The notes under the pieces: generated by a model
What the model was told of the DNA's origin: nothing
The model's input: the letters and a program-made list of their open reading frames with translations, nothing else
Database searches by the model: none
Translations under genes and position numbers: made by a program
In this document: positions 27,776 through 37,097 of the stretch, piece by piece
How positions within the stretch are numbered: the first letter of the stretch is position 1
How the letters are laid out: each line of letters begins with the position of its first letter
Virus record (IMG/VR): IMGVR_UViG_3300036651_002280
Location: 589-64,588 of that record
Length of the DNA: 64,000 nucleotides
Direction: 5' to 3' (one strand)
From: a virus
Taxonomy: Duplodnaviria; Caudoviricetes

Positions 27776-28783
27776 ATGATCAGCACTCCACTGCTCGGAC
27801 TCGACGACAGCCACTACCAGGGGGAACCCGACTACTCGGCGTTCGCCGCCCACGGCGGCTCGTTCGTCTTCTCCAAGGGCACCGAGGCCACCTCCTACGT
27901 CGACCCGGAGCTGACCTACAACCGCACGCACGTCCTCGCCGCCGACCTGATCTTCGGCACCTACCACTTCGCCCGGCTCGGCAACCCGGTGGCCGAGGCC
28001 GAGTACTACCTGCAGCACGTCCAGCCCCAGCGGGGCGAGCTGATGGCCCTGGACATGGAGGTCGAAGCCGCGGGCGTCGACATCGCCGCCTGGTCGGCCC
28101 AGTGGCTGCAGCACGTCAAGGACGCCACCGGCACTCCGCCGCTGCTGTACCTCAACCGCCACCTGCTGGGGAAGTACGACTGGCACGCCGTGCTGGCCGA
28201 GAACGTCGGGCTGTGGCTGGCCGTCTACGACTTCAGCGAGACCACGGTCCCCGCTTCGGGGATCTGGCCGACGCTGGCCTTCAAGCAGTTCTCCGACCTG
28301 GGTAACCAGTCCGGCGTCAACGGCAGCGTCGACGAGGACGCCTTCGAGGGCGACCTGGCCGCGCTGAAGAAGTACACGATCGGCGGCGGCGCTCCGACTC
28401 CGGCACCGGCTCCGGCACCCGCCCCGAGGCCGAGGCCGACGCCGCCTCCTCCTCCGCCGCCTCCGCCGCCGCACCCGCCGGTGCTGCGCTGGAACCTCGG
28501 CCGCGGCCAGTTCTACGGCAACATGACCGGCCCGGCCGCCTCGCACGGCGGCTACTACGCCTGGGAGCGGCCGTTCGTCCGCAACATCCAGCAGTGGACG
28601 ATCTTCCACGACTGCGCCGACGGCCAGGCCCCCGGCAGCTGGGCCCACAACGGCTGGGCGGACGGGAAGTGGCAGCACCCCACCGACACCGCGGTGGCCA
28701 ACTGGCACCAGCGCTTCTACCCCGGACAGCCCCAGCCTTGCGAGATCTGGGCTGACGACTACGCCCGGCTGGCTCGGCCGTGA
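27776..28783 (+). CDS. Endolysin, GH25 muramidase with Pro linker and C-terminal domain
   Basis: D.SHYQG, K.TE, GTYHF, LDME, LWLA.Y, KQFS, VDED. Confidence 0.9.
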   Translation: MISTPLLGLDDSHYQGEPDYSAFAAHGGSFVFSKGTEATSYVDPELTYNRTHVLAADLIFGTYHFARLGNPVAEAEYYLQHVQPQRGELMALDMEVEAAGVDIAAWSAQWLQHVKDATGTPPLLYLNRHLLGKYDWHAVLAENVGLWLAVYDFSETTVPASGIWPTLAFKQFSDLGNQSGVNGSVDEDAFEGDLAALKKYTIGGGAPTPAPAPAPAPRPRPTPPPPPPPPPPHPPVLRWNLGRGQFYGNMTGPAASHGGYYAWERPFVRNIQQWTIFHDCADGQAPGSWAHNGWADGKWQHPTDTAVANWHQRFYPGQPQPCEIWADDYARLARP

Positions 28784-29259
28784 GCCGGGCCGCGCCGCCG
28801 CGGGGGATCGCGGCGCGGCTGGTCCGCCACCTGCCGGAGACGATCGCCATCAACCCCGAGCGCACGCTGATCGACCTGGGCTGCGCGCTCATCGGACTGT
28901 CCGCACTGTTCGAGGGCAGTGAGGGAGTACTTCAGCACCTCTGGCCACTCGCCCAGTACGAGTGGGGCGCGGCCATGCTGCTCGGCGGCATGGCCGCGCT
29001 CTGGGGGCTATTCCATCACCAGCGCTCCACCGAGCGGCTGGGACAGCTGCTGATCCTGGTCGGCTCGCTGTTCTTTGCGATCGTCCTGGTCGCCAAGGAC
29101 GGCCCTCCGGGCATCATCACCGCGCTGATCTTCGTGTTCATCGGCGCGGCCATGGTCGTCCGCCTGATCGTCAGCGCGGCCGTCCGGTCGCAGATCATCC
29201 GCCTCTCCGAGCAGATGGCGGCCAAGGAGGCAGACCCGGCCGACGGCGGTGGGTCGTGA
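28780..29259 (+). CDS. Four-TM membrane protein (lysis cassette)
   Basis: Hydrophobic helices; overlaps endolysin stop. Confidence 0.65.
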   Translation: MSRAAPPRGIAARLVRHLPETIAINPERTLIDLGCALIGLSALFEGSEGVLQHLWPLAQYEWGAAMLLGGMAALWGLFHHQRSTERLGQLLILVGSLFFAIVLVAKDGPPGIITALIFVFIGAAMVVRLIVSAAVRSQIIRLSEQMAAKEADPADGGGS

Positions 29260-29666
29260 CTGAGCTTTCCGTCCTCGGCCCGCTAGCCGGGCTCTCCGCC
29301 GCCGTCGTCGCGCTGGTCACCTGGTACTTCAGCGACCGGCGCAAGTCCAAGGCGGAGATCGAGGTGGCTGAGGCCACCGTCCAGTCCCAGATCGAGAAGA
29401 AGGACGTCGACGCTCAGGATGCCCGGCTGCTGTACGTGCAGCGGCAGGTCGACATGGAGCGCTCCTTCCACCAGCAGCAGATCGCCGACCGGGACGCCGA
29501 GATCGCCCGGCAGCGCGCCGAGCTGGAGCGCCGCGACCAGCGGATCACCGCCCTGCTCACCCAGGTAGATGCCCTGGAGAAGCAGCTGGCCGACGTCACC
29601 CGCCAGATGACCCGAGTCCGCAGCCAGCTCGACGAGCTGGCCCACCCCCTTGAAGGGACCACCTGA
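29256..29666 (+). CDS. Membrane-anchored coiled-coil protein (lysis cassette)
   Basis: N-terminal TM plus heptads. Confidence 0.65.
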   Translation: MTELSVLGPLAGLSAAVVALVTWYFSDRRKSKAEIEVAEATVQSQIEKKDVDAQDARLLYVQRQVDMERSFHQQQIADRDAEIARQRAELERRDQRITALLTQVDALEKQLADVTRQMTRVRSQLDELAHPLEGTT

Positions 29667-29953
29667 TGTTCACCATGGCGTTCTGGAAGGACGCCTTCGA
29701 GCGCGCGATCGAGATCGGGGCACATGCCCTCCTCGGCGTGCTCGGGGCCAACACGACGCTGCTGCACCTGAACTGGGCGCAGGCGCTCGACGTCGCGCTC
29801 GGAGCGATGGTGGCCAGCCTGCTGGCCTCGCTCGCCACGCACCCCACCCCCGGATCTCCGGCTGCCGCCGGACCCCTCCTCGGTGCCGTCCGCCAGCGGC
29901 AGCGGGGCCAGCACGAAGCCTCCACTGTCCCGACGACGACCCCGGAGAACTGA
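29666..29953 (+). CDS. Holin (r1t-like)
   Basis: FWKD..ERA motif and two TM segments. Confidence 0.75.
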   Translation: MFTMAFWKDAFERAIEIGAHALLGVLGANTTLLHLNWAQALDVALGAMVASLLASLATHPTPGSPAAAGPLLGAVRQRQRGQHEASTVPTTTPEN

Positions 29954-29954
29954 C

Positions 29955-30479
29955 ATGTCCCAGCCGAAGGACCGCGGCCACCTCCGCGGCGAAGTCACCG
30001 TCGAGCTGTTCGGGGCCGACGGCGAGCTGAAGCACCGCGAGGTGATCAAGAACCTGATCACCGACACCGGCGACAAGATGTACGCCGCCAACGGCGCCGG
30101 GGTGGCCAGCCCGCCCGCCAAGCCCACCGGCATGAAGCTGGGCACCGGCGCGAACAGCGGCGGCAGCGCGCCGTCCAAGAGCGGCGCGGGCGCGGCGCTG
30201 GTCACCTACCTGAGCGGCTCGGACGTCGCGTTCGACTCGACCCCGACGATGACCGACTCAGACTCCGGCGCGGTGGTCACCTACGCGGCCACCTGGGTGC
30301 CGGGAGTGGCCACCACGAGCAACCCGATCACTGAGGCCGTGATCGTCAACGACACGCTGACCAACGCCACCAGCGCCGCGTCGGCCACGGTCGCCCGCGT
30401 CGCCATCAGCGGTGTCTCGGCCAAGGCGTCCACCGACCAGCTGGTGATCACCTGGACGCACACGCTGCTCGGGGCCTGA
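29955..30479 (+). CDS. Putative structural/tail-appendage protein
   Basis: G.V..EL...DG....NLIT..G, M.LGTG, ITEA, ITWT. Confidence 0.6.
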   Translation: MSQPKDRGHLRGEVTVELFGADGELKHREVIKNLITDTGDKMYAANGAGVASPPAKPTGMKLGTGANSGGSAPSKSGAGAALVTYLSGSDVAFDSTPTMTDSDSGAVVTYAATWVPGVATTSNPITEAVIVNDTLTNATSAASATVARVAISGVSAKASTDQLVITWTHTLLGA

Positions 30480-30513
30480 CCCTTCCCGTTCCACCCGGAA
30501 GGGGAGAGAAGCC

Positions 30514-32655
30514 ATGGCTGGACCCACGGTCGCCTCGGTCGGGACGCTCCTGCTCTACGGCAACCGCACGAACAGCACCTTCGCCGCGCCCAGCGGGGTG
30601 GCCCAGAACGACGTGCTCGTCCTGCACCTGTACTGGGACGACAGCACGCCCACGATCACCCCGCCCAGCGGCTGGTCGGAGCTGACCCTCTCCCCGCCGG
30701 ACGCCATCGCCAGCCCGAACGTCAACGTCCACATCTACTGGAAGCGGGCGACAGCCTCCGAACCGACCAGCTACACCTTCACCCACGGGGCGGCCAACAC
30801 GCAGGGGCAGATCCTGCGGGTCTCCGGCTGCGTGACCACCGGCATGCCCCTGGAGGCGCTGGGATCGGCCGTCAACTCGGCGTCGGGCACACCCACGCCC
30901 GCGGTGAGCGGCACGACCAGTACGGCCAACGAGCTGCTGATCCTCGGGTGCTTCATCTACGCCAGCACCACCTTCACGGCGATCTCCGGGTGGACTGCCG
31001 CGCACAACGGGGACGGCCAGTACATCGCCTCCAAGACTCAGGCGACGGCCGGGGCGACCGGGTCGATCTCGACCACCGCAGCCGCCTCGAACGCCCAGGT
31101 CGCCTCGGTGATCGGGGCCATCCCCCCGGTGGTGGACACCACTCCGCCGTCCGTGCCGAGCGGGGTCACCGCGACCGCGAGCAGCCCGAACGGGGTGACG
31201 GTCTCCTGGACGGCGAGCACCGACGACGTCGGCGTGGCCAGCTACCAGGTCAAGCGCGGCGGCACCGTGGTCGCCGCCGCGGTCACCGGCACCAGCTTCG
31301 CCGACAGCAAGCTGACGCCGTCGACGCTCTACAGCTACACGGTCAACGCCGTGGACGCGGCCGGGAACCGGTCCGCCGACTCGGCCGCCGCGACGGCCAC
31401 CACCCCCGCCGTGCCACAGCCGGTCGGCCCGTCGGGTACCTGGCAGCTCGCCTTCAACGACGAGTTCGACGGCTCGGCGATCGACACCACGAAGTGGCAG
31501 CCGTACTGGTACACCGACGGCGCTGGCTCCAGCATGAACGGCGTCACCACCAGCTCGGCGAACGTCTCGCTGGGCGGCTCGGTGGTCAAGCTGACCCTGG
31601 CCTCGACCACCGACGGCGCGCTGATCCACACCGACATCGCCGGTGGCTACCAGCTGCCGGTCGGCTCCTACGTGGAGGCGTCGGTCCAGTTCGCCGGGGA
31701 CGGCACGTCGCTGTACAACTGGCCCGCCTGGTGGGCCAGCACCAGCGACGTCGACGGCTGGCCCGCCGACGGCGAGAACGACATCGCCGAGGGGTCCTCG
31801 TCGGGCAGCCCCGGCACGCTGGCAGTCAACTACCACGCGCCGTCCGTCAACGTGAACGAGGCGAACCCCTCCGGCTACTGGGGCGGTAGCTTCCACACCT
31901 ACGGGCTGCACCGGCTGGCCAGCTCGTGCGACGTGTACTGGGACGGCGTCAAGGTCGCCTCCTACGCCACCTCGGACAGCGGCAAGCCCGAGATCCTGGT
32001 CCTCAACATCGGCATCAAGAGCGACAGCAGCGGCACCATGACCGGCGCCGCCGGTGCGATGCAGGTCGACTGGGTGCGGGCATGGAACCCGACGACCCTC
32101 GGCGCCAGCCCGGCCGACGCCGAGGGCCTGACCGACCACGTCACCGCGGCGCAGAGCTTCACCCGGAACCCCGCCGACGCCGAGCACCTGACCGACCAGG
32201 CCACCCCGGCGCAGACCTTCAACCGCTCGGCGGCCGACCACGCCACCCTGACCGACCACGCCGACACGGCGCAGAGCTTCAGCCGCTCGGTGGCTGACCA
32301 TGTGGGCCTGACCGACCAGGTCACCATCAGCCGCTCGGTCAGCCAGCAGGCCGCCGACACGCTGGGGATGACCGACAGCGTCTCGGTCGTCCTCGGCTTC
32401 GTCGAGGCCCCGGCCGACCGGCTGGGGCTGACCGACCACGTCACCGTCCAGGTGACCGACACCGGTCCGACGCACGTCCTGGCCGTGAGCGCGCTCACCG
32501 ACGACGGCCTGCGCACCGCCGTCCCGGTCGACGACGGCCTGCGCACCGCCGTGCTGGCCGACGACGGCCTGCGCACCGCCACCGTGACCGCCGTCCCGGA
32601 GGTCACCGCCTTCATCGTCTCGGTCGAGGGCGCGGCCGTGATCAACGAGACCTGA
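30514..32655 (+). CDS. Multidomain FN3 + GH16 + AD..LTD repeat protein
   Basis: DTTPPSVP..WTASTDDVGV..Y..AVDAAGN (FN3); FNDEFDG, ENDIAE, VDWVRAW (GH16). Confidence 0.8.
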   Translation: MAGPTVASVGTLLLYGNRTNSTFAAPSGVAQNDVLVLHLYWDDSTPTITPPSGWSELTLSPPDAIASPNVNVHIYWKRATASEPTSYTFTHGAANTQGQILRVSGCVTTGMPLEALGSAVNSASGTPTPAVSGTTSTANELLILGCFIYASTTFTAISGWTAAHNGDGQYIASKTQATAGATGSISTTAAASNAQVASVIGAIPPVVDTTPPSVPSGVTATASSPNGVTVSWTASTDDVGVASYQVKRGGTVVAAAVTGTSFADSKLTPSTLYSYTVNAVDAAGNRSADSAAATATTPAVPQPVGPSGTWQLAFNDEFDGSAIDTTKWQPYWYTDGAGSSMNGVTTSSANVSLGGSVVKLTLASTTDGALIHTDIAGGYQLPVGSYVEASVQFAGDGTSLYNWPAWWASTSDVDGWPADGENDIAEGSSSGSPGTLAVNYHAPSVNVNEANPSGYWGGSFHTYGLHRLASSCDVYWDGVKVASYATSDSGKPEILVLNIGIKSDSSGTMTGAAGAMQVDWVRAWNPTTLGASPADAEGLTDHVTAAQSFTRNPADAEHLTDQATPAQTFNRSAADHATLTDHADTAQSFSRSVADHVGLTDQVTISRSVSQQAADTLGMTDSVSVVLGFVEAPADRLGLTDHVTVQVTDTGPTHVLAVSALTDDGLRTAVPVDDGLRTAVLADDGLRTATVTAVPEVTAFIVSVEGAAVINET

Positions 32656-32668
32656 CAGGAGAGGGTCC

Positions 32669-32998
32669 ATGCCGGACTTCACGATCAAGGCCCACGACAC
32701 CTATCCGTCGATCGAGGCCACCCTGTTCCGCGGCAGCACGCCGGTGGATCTGACCAACGCGAGCGGGGTCAAGTTCATCATGGCCACCGCGCCCGGCGGC
32801 ACGGTCAAGATCCAGGCGGCGGGCGTGATCGTCGACGCCGCCATCGGCACCGTGCGCTACGACTGGCTCGCGGCCGACACCGCCACCCCCGGCACCTACG
32901 AGGCCGAGTGGGAGGTGACCTGGCCGACCGGCAAGCAGACGTTCCCGACGGCCAGCTACCACGAGATCGCCATCCTCGCCGACCTGGACAACGCCTGA
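32669..32998 (+). CDS. BppU-like baseplate domain protein
   Basis: IK..DT.P, VDLT, G.V.Y.W...DT..PG.Y.AEWEVT...TFP. Confidence 0.65.
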   Translation: MPDFTIKAHDTYPSIEATLFRGSTPVDLTNASGVKFIMATAPGGTVKIQAAGVIVDAAIGTVRYDWLAADTATPGTYEAEWEVTWPTGKQTFPTASYHEIAILADLDNA

Positions 32999-33462
32999 TG
33001 GCCGCCGACGCGCTCCCCGTCCCGCACGGCGAGCAGAGGAAGCTCCGCGAGGCCGTCCGGTTCGGCGTCCGGCTGGGCGCCACGGCGCCCTCCTCGCGGG
33101 ACATCACCGTCACCTGGGGCGCGCTCTCCGGGCTGGCCGACGTCACCCGGATCTCGCGGCTGGGCGTGCGCCAGGTGTCCCTGCCGGTGACCGCGGTCGA
33201 CAACGCCACCCACCAGGCGGTGACGCTCGCGGGCGTCGACCTCACCCTGCTGGCCGTCGGCTCGATGCCCGACGACACCACCGTCTGGACGGCCAGCACC
33301 TACGCCAGCGGGGTGGCCACCGCGCTGGTCGTCGGCAGCCTCGTGACCAGCCCGCCCTCGGGCGCGCTCGTCGTCCCCGACGCCGGTGCGGGCCTGTGGG
33401 CGCGCATCACCGACACCCCCGAGGTCGACGTGCGCTTCCTCGCCCTGATCACTCCCTTCTGA
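32998..33462 (+). CDS. Hypothetical protein
   Basis: TGATG coupling; W.RITD.PE. Confidence 0.55.
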   Translation: MAADALPVPHGEQRKLREAVRFGVRLGATAPSSRDITVTWGALSGLADVTRISRLGVRQVSLPVTAVDNATHQAVTLAGVDLTLLAVGSMPDDTTVWTASTYASGVATALVVGSLVTSPPSGALVVPDAGAGLWARITDTPEVDVRFLALITPF

Positions 33463-33474
33463 GAGAGGACCGCG

Positions 33475-34509
33475 ATGACCGAGCCCGCCGTGGGCATCCA
33501 CGCCCATCCCACCAAGAAGCTGGGCAAGCGCCCGCCGAAGCGCGCGGCCGCCGTCCTGGTCGGTGACTTCCTGCTCCCGGCCGCCGCGGGGGAGCGGCTG
33601 CCCGCCTACCCGGCCGTCGACCCGATCCCGGCGCTGACCTACCCGATGGACCGCAACGACCAGGCTGGGGACTGCGTGGTCGCCGGGCTCGACCACGCGC
33701 TGCAGACGATCCACGCCGCGCTCGGCGTCCCGCGGGACAACTGGACCGACACCCAGCTGCTGGCCTACTACCGGACCCAGAACCCGGACTTCACCGACTG
33801 GTCGCAGGGCGGCACCTCGGCCGACCAGGGCATGGACATCCAGACCTTCCTGGAGTACCTGGTCCAGACCGGCGAGATCGTCGCCTTCGGCAAGCTCGAC
33901 CACACCGACGAGGCGCTGCTGAAGGCCGCCACCTACGTCGGCCTGGCCGTCGTCACCGGCGAGATGCTGCAGCAGGCCCAGCAGCAGCAGACCACCTGGG
34001 ACTACGTCGCCGGGTCGCCGGACTGGGGCGGGCACTGCACCACGACGGTCGCCTACTCCGCCAGCCCGGACGAGCAGGACGTCGTCACCTGGGGCGGCGT
34101 CACGCCGGTCACCCAGGCGTTCGTCGACCAGCGGCTGGAGGAAGCCTGGTTCGTGCTGACCAAGGCGCACCTGGCGCACCCGAACTTCCGGGACAGCTTC
34201 GACCTGGAGGGCTTCGCCCAGGCGGTCTCCGAGCTGACCGGCGGCAAGGTGGTCGTCCCGGTCCCGCCGCCCGCTCCCACTCCGCCGCCTGCCCCGACGC
34301 CGCCGCCCGTACCGGCGCCGCCTCCGGCTCCCACTCCGCCTCCCGCTCCCACTCCGCCTCCGGCGCCGGTGCCCACGCCGCCGCCCGCCCCCGTGCCGAC
34401 GGCGGAGCCGGTCAAGCTGCTCGACCGCTGGGCCGCCAAGCCGTGGGCCTTCTGGCGTTCGATCAAGGCGGCCGCCGCCTGGCGCCACTACCGGGCCAGC
34501 CAGCAGTAG
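33475..34509 (+). CDS. Papain-like cysteine peptidase with Pro-rich tail
   Basis: NDQAGDCV.A, GGHC, VVTWG; PAPTPPP repeats. Confidence 0.65.
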   Translation: MTEPAVGIHAHPTKKLGKRPPKRAAAVLVGDFLLPAAAGERLPAYPAVDPIPALTYPMDRNDQAGDCVVAGLDHALQTIHAALGVPRDNWTDTQLLAYYRTQNPDFTDWSQGGTSADQGMDIQTFLEYLVQTGEIVAFGKLDHTDEALLKAATYVGLAVVTGEMLQQAQQQQTTWDYVAGSPDWGGHCTTTVAYSASPDEQDVVTWGGVTPVTQAFVDQRLEEAWFVLTKAHLAHPNFRDSFDLEGFAQAVSELTGGKVVVPVPPPAPTPPPAPTPPPVPAPPPAPTPPPAPTPPPAPVPTPPPAPVPTAEPVKLLDRWAAKPWAFWRSIKAAAAWRHYRASQQ

Positions 34510-34522
34510 CACCCGTACAGCC

Positions 34523-34562
34523 AAGCGCCCCCCTTCGCCATCGCGGCGGAGGGGGGCGCTTT
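34523..34562. terminator. Bidirectional hairpin terminator
   Basis: AAGCGCCCCCC...GGGGGGCGCTT between convergent genes. Confidence 0.75.
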
Positions 34563-34570
34563 CGGCATGC

Positions 34571-35146
34571 TCAGACGTCGATGTGGAAGGTCGCCAGAGG
34601 CGGCCCGCCGCCCGGCACCCAGTCGATGAAGTTGTGCCCGGCGGGGATGTCGAAGGCGATCTGCCCGCTGACCTGGCGGCCAGCAGTGACCGTGGCCGAC
34701 AGCATGTCGTTCAGCGGGGTCGAGACGCCCTGGTGTTCGACGCCGTCGGGCCCCTGCGCGGCGAAGACGTACTGGTTGACGTCGGCCTGCCCGGTGTCGA
34801 CGTGCACGGTGACGTTGACGATCAGCCAGCTCCCGGCGGCCGGGTGCTCGGGGAAGTACCCGGCCGTCTTGGGCGCCTGCCGGTGCGCGGCGGTGATCGT
34901 GATCGTGCCGGAGTTGCCCGCACCGTTCGTCCAGTGCTCGGTGGCGCCGACACCCTGGGGCTTCACCGCGGGGGCGGGCGTCGCCGACTGGGGTACCTCG
35001 ACGGTGGATGCACTCGCGCTGCTGGCCGGGCTGCGGTTGACCAGGATGAGCACGAGGCTGACCAGTCCGACGATGGCGGCGAGCGCGACGGCGAGGCCGA
35101 CGGCCAGCCACGGCGGACGGTTGCGCGGGGGAGGAGCGTCAGGCAT
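34571..35146 (-). CDS. Membrane-anchored DUF4352-like surface protein
   Basis: TM helix, Ser/Pro linker, Ig-like V.AG..V.G.IAFD.P. Confidence 0.65.
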   Translation of the reverse strand: MPDAPPPRNRPPWLAVGLAVALAAIVGLVSLVLILVNRSPASSASASTVEVPQSATPAPAVKPQGVGATEHWTNGAGNSGTITITAAHRQAPKTAGYFPEHPAAGSWLIVNVTVHVDTGQADVNQYVFAAQGPDGVEHQGVSTPLNDMLSATVTAGRQVSGQIAFDIPAGHNFIDWVPGGGPPLATFHIDV

Positions 35147-35197
35147 GGCCTGGATCGTCCTCTCCAGGGTGGACTGGTGTCCAGAGTGTGCAGACAG

Positions 35198-35224
35198 GGA
35201 ACGTCTCCGTTCGGTTGAGTGTTG
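35198..35224 (+). promoter_or_regulatory. SigR/SigH-type promoter
   Basis: GGAAC-N18-GTTG. Confidence 0.5.
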
Positions 35225-35252
35225 TACAAGACAGGTGATGAATACAGTGAGA

Positions 35253-35483
35253 ATGGGCGAGTTCCAGCGGCGCGTGGGCCCCGGCCCCCGCTTCCGCTAT
35301 CGGCCCGGTCACTACGGCGTGTTCGCGCCGTTCGTGGCCATGTTCTGGATGGTCGTCCTGCTCGTGACCGTGGTCTGGTTCGCCGTCAAGGTGACCGTGA
35401 CCGTGATCGTGGTCATCGTGCAGGCGGCCTCGAAGGCGTCGGCGGCAGCGTCGAAGCGTTCAAGCCAGACGTGGAAGGGCTGA
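35253..35483 (+). CDS. Small membrane protein
   Basis: Long hydrophobic stretch, downstream of promoter. Confidence 0.45.
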   Translation: MGEFQRRVGPGPRFRYRPGHYGVFAPFVAMFWMVVLLVTVVWFAVKVTVTVIVVIVQAASKASAAASKRSSQTWKG

Positions 35484-35661
35484 CGACACAGGTCCCTGCG
35501 GGGGCCGCCGCCGGTGCCGGGGTCGGCGTGAGCCGCCCCAGCACCCACAGGCCGAGGAAGACGGCTGCGATGATCCACCAGGTCCGGCGCGAGATCCGGG
35601 GCCAGCGGAGCTGCCGCTGGCCCCTCGTCATGTCCGGGGCCGGGGCGTGGCGGCCGCTCAC
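35413..35661 (-). CDS. Small membrane protein
   Basis: GTGA overlap, TM segment WWIIAAVFLGLWVL. Confidence 0.45.
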   Translation of the reverse strand: MSGRHAPAPDMTRGQRQLRWPRISRRTWWIIAAVFLGLWVLGRLTPTPAPAAAPAGTCVVSPSTSGLNASTLPPTPSRPPAR

Positions 35662-35912
35662 CGGCCGGTCCTCCAGCTCCGCGCCAGCTTGCGCCTCGCG
35701 TTCCTCCCGGCCCACCGGCCACCGCCGTGACTGACCGCTCCGCAGGCGCACCGGCAGATGTAGCCGTCGGCGAAGCCCACGGTCTGCGCCCAGCAGCGGT
35801 GCCAGCGGCGGGGGAGCGGAGCCTCCCACCACGGCACGCCACCGGCGTGATGCAGCCCCTTCGAGCGCTCGATGAGATCCAGGGCGGTGCGCGTCAGGTC
35901 GTCGTCAGGCAT
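35658..35912 (-). CDS. Hypothetical Cys/His protein
   Basis: H.C..QT.G...RC.CG. Confidence 0.55.
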   Translation of the reverse strand: MPDDDLTRTALDLIERSKGLHHAGGVPWWEAPLPRRWHRCWAQTVGFADGYICRCACGAVSHGGGRWAGRNARRKLARSWRTGR

Positions 35913-36114
35913 CGCTGCTGGCCTCCTTCCGGCGGCCGTAGCGGTGGTGCGCGGCCTGCTTGCTGACACCGAGCGCCTGCCCGATCTGCTCCCAGGTCGC
36001 GCCGTCGGACCTCACGTCGCCGACGGTGCGCCGGACGATCGCGCTCATCTCCTCGGCCATCGCGTTCACCCGCGAGAGCCCGGCGAGCGCGCCGTCCAGC
36101 TTGGTGCTGGCCAT
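35905..36114 (-). CDS. Helix-turn-helix protein
   Basis: GATWEQIGQALGVSKQAAH.RY. Confidence 0.75.
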   Translation of the reverse strand: MASTKLDGALAGLSRVNAMAEEMSAIVRRTVGDVRSDGATWEQIGQALGVSKQAAHHRYGRRKEASSDA

Positions 36115-36128
36115 GCTGTCTCCTTCCT

Positions 36129-36458
36129 TCAGTTCCACCAGTCGCCGAGGCGCACCCTGGCGACGTTGCTGGACACCGGCTGGATCTCCAGGGCGTGACC
36201 GCCGTGGATGGTGAGGAAGTCGCCCTCGATGTGGGCCTCGACCTTCTCGTCCCAGCGGTCACCGAGCTGGAAGCGGATACGGGGGCCGTGGCCCAGCGGC
36301 TTCTCGTCGTTGAGCCCGCTGTCGACGAAGGTGTTCGAGCCCTCCGGCCCGATCTGCGCCTTGGCCTTCCAGTGGTCGACGTTGCCGTTGAGCTGCTCGA
36401 TCTCGCGCTGCGCCCACTTCGGCAGGCGCGCGAACTGCTCGGGGGTGTAGGCGCTCAT
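36129..36458 (-). CDS. Hypothetical phage protein
   Basis: RLPKWAQ..I..L, I.P..SN. Confidence 0.6.
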   Translation of the reverse strand: MSAYTPEQFARLPKWAQREIEQLNGNVDHWKAKAQIGPEGSNTFVDSGLNDEKPLGHGPRIRFQLGDRWDEKVEAHIEGDFLTIHGGHALEIQPVSSNVARVRLGDWWN

Positions 36459-36949
36459 GCCAGCACCATCACGGAGTTGACGCCCGCGGTCGGGGGCAGC
36501 TCGCCGAGGTCGGTCTCGATGACGTGGCGCGTCGCGCCGCGGCGGCCATAGAAGCCGCTCCGGTAGTCGGCCGCCTCGCTCCGGCGGCCGGTCACGGTGG
36601 CCACCAGGGCGCCGGTCTTCTTCTCGACGAAGCGCAGCTGGTTGTCCTGGACATGCTCGGTCTTCACCCGGCTGACGCCGTCGACCAGCTCGTAGAGGTA
36701 GCCGTGCTCGTTGCGCAGCAGGTCGACGCGGCCGGGGAAGCCGACGAGCACCCGGTCGCCGGGCTCCAGTCGAGCTACCCGCTTGCGCACGGTCCGCTGG
36801 CCGCGCTGGTAGTGGTGGGACGAGGTCCGCGCGGTGGCGTTGAACCGCTGGCACTTGCAGCCGGGCGCGGTGCAGGCCAGCTCGTTGTCGTGCAGAGCGT
36901 TGATGTGCAGGCAGGGGCAGAGGGTCGTCCCCTCGATGATCAGAGGCAT
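36455..36949 (-). CDS. Hypothetical protein with Cys/His N-terminus
   Basis: AGGAG RBS; C.C.H...H...C...C.C. Confidence 0.55.
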   Translation of the reverse strand: MPLIIEGTTLCPCLHINALHDNELACTAPGCKCQRFNATARTSSHHYQRGQRTVRKRVARLEPGDRVLVGFPGRVDLLRNEHGYLYELVDGVSRVKTEHVQDNQLRFVEKKTGALVATVTGRRSEAADYRSGFYGRRGATRHVIETDLGELPPTAGVNSVMVLA

Positions 36950-37000
36950 CACGGTGTTCGGTCTCCTGTGGTGGTGGTGGTGGTGGTCCTTCACTGACTA

Positions 37001-37027
37001 GAACAACGAGACGTTGACAGATGTTCC
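37001..37027 (-). promoter_or_regulatory. SigR/SigH-type promoter
   Basis: GGAAC-N18-GTTC on minus strand. Confidence 0.5.
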
Positions 37028-37039
37028 TGGTCAGTAGAG

Positions 37040-37079
37040 GTCAGGCGGGTCCGCTGTCTATTTCGCGGACCCGCCTGAC
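37040..37079. terminator. 15 bp perfect hairpin terminator
   Basis: GTCAGGCGGGTCCGC / GCGGACCCGCCTGAC. Confidence 0.75.
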
Positions 37080-37097
37080 GCTGAGGGAGTGGGTGGA

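Noticed and set aside
36968-36994. Natural His6 tag (MKDHHHHHH)
   Set aside because: The CAC tract lies upstream of an AGGAG RBS; the real start is probably 36949 or 36952.
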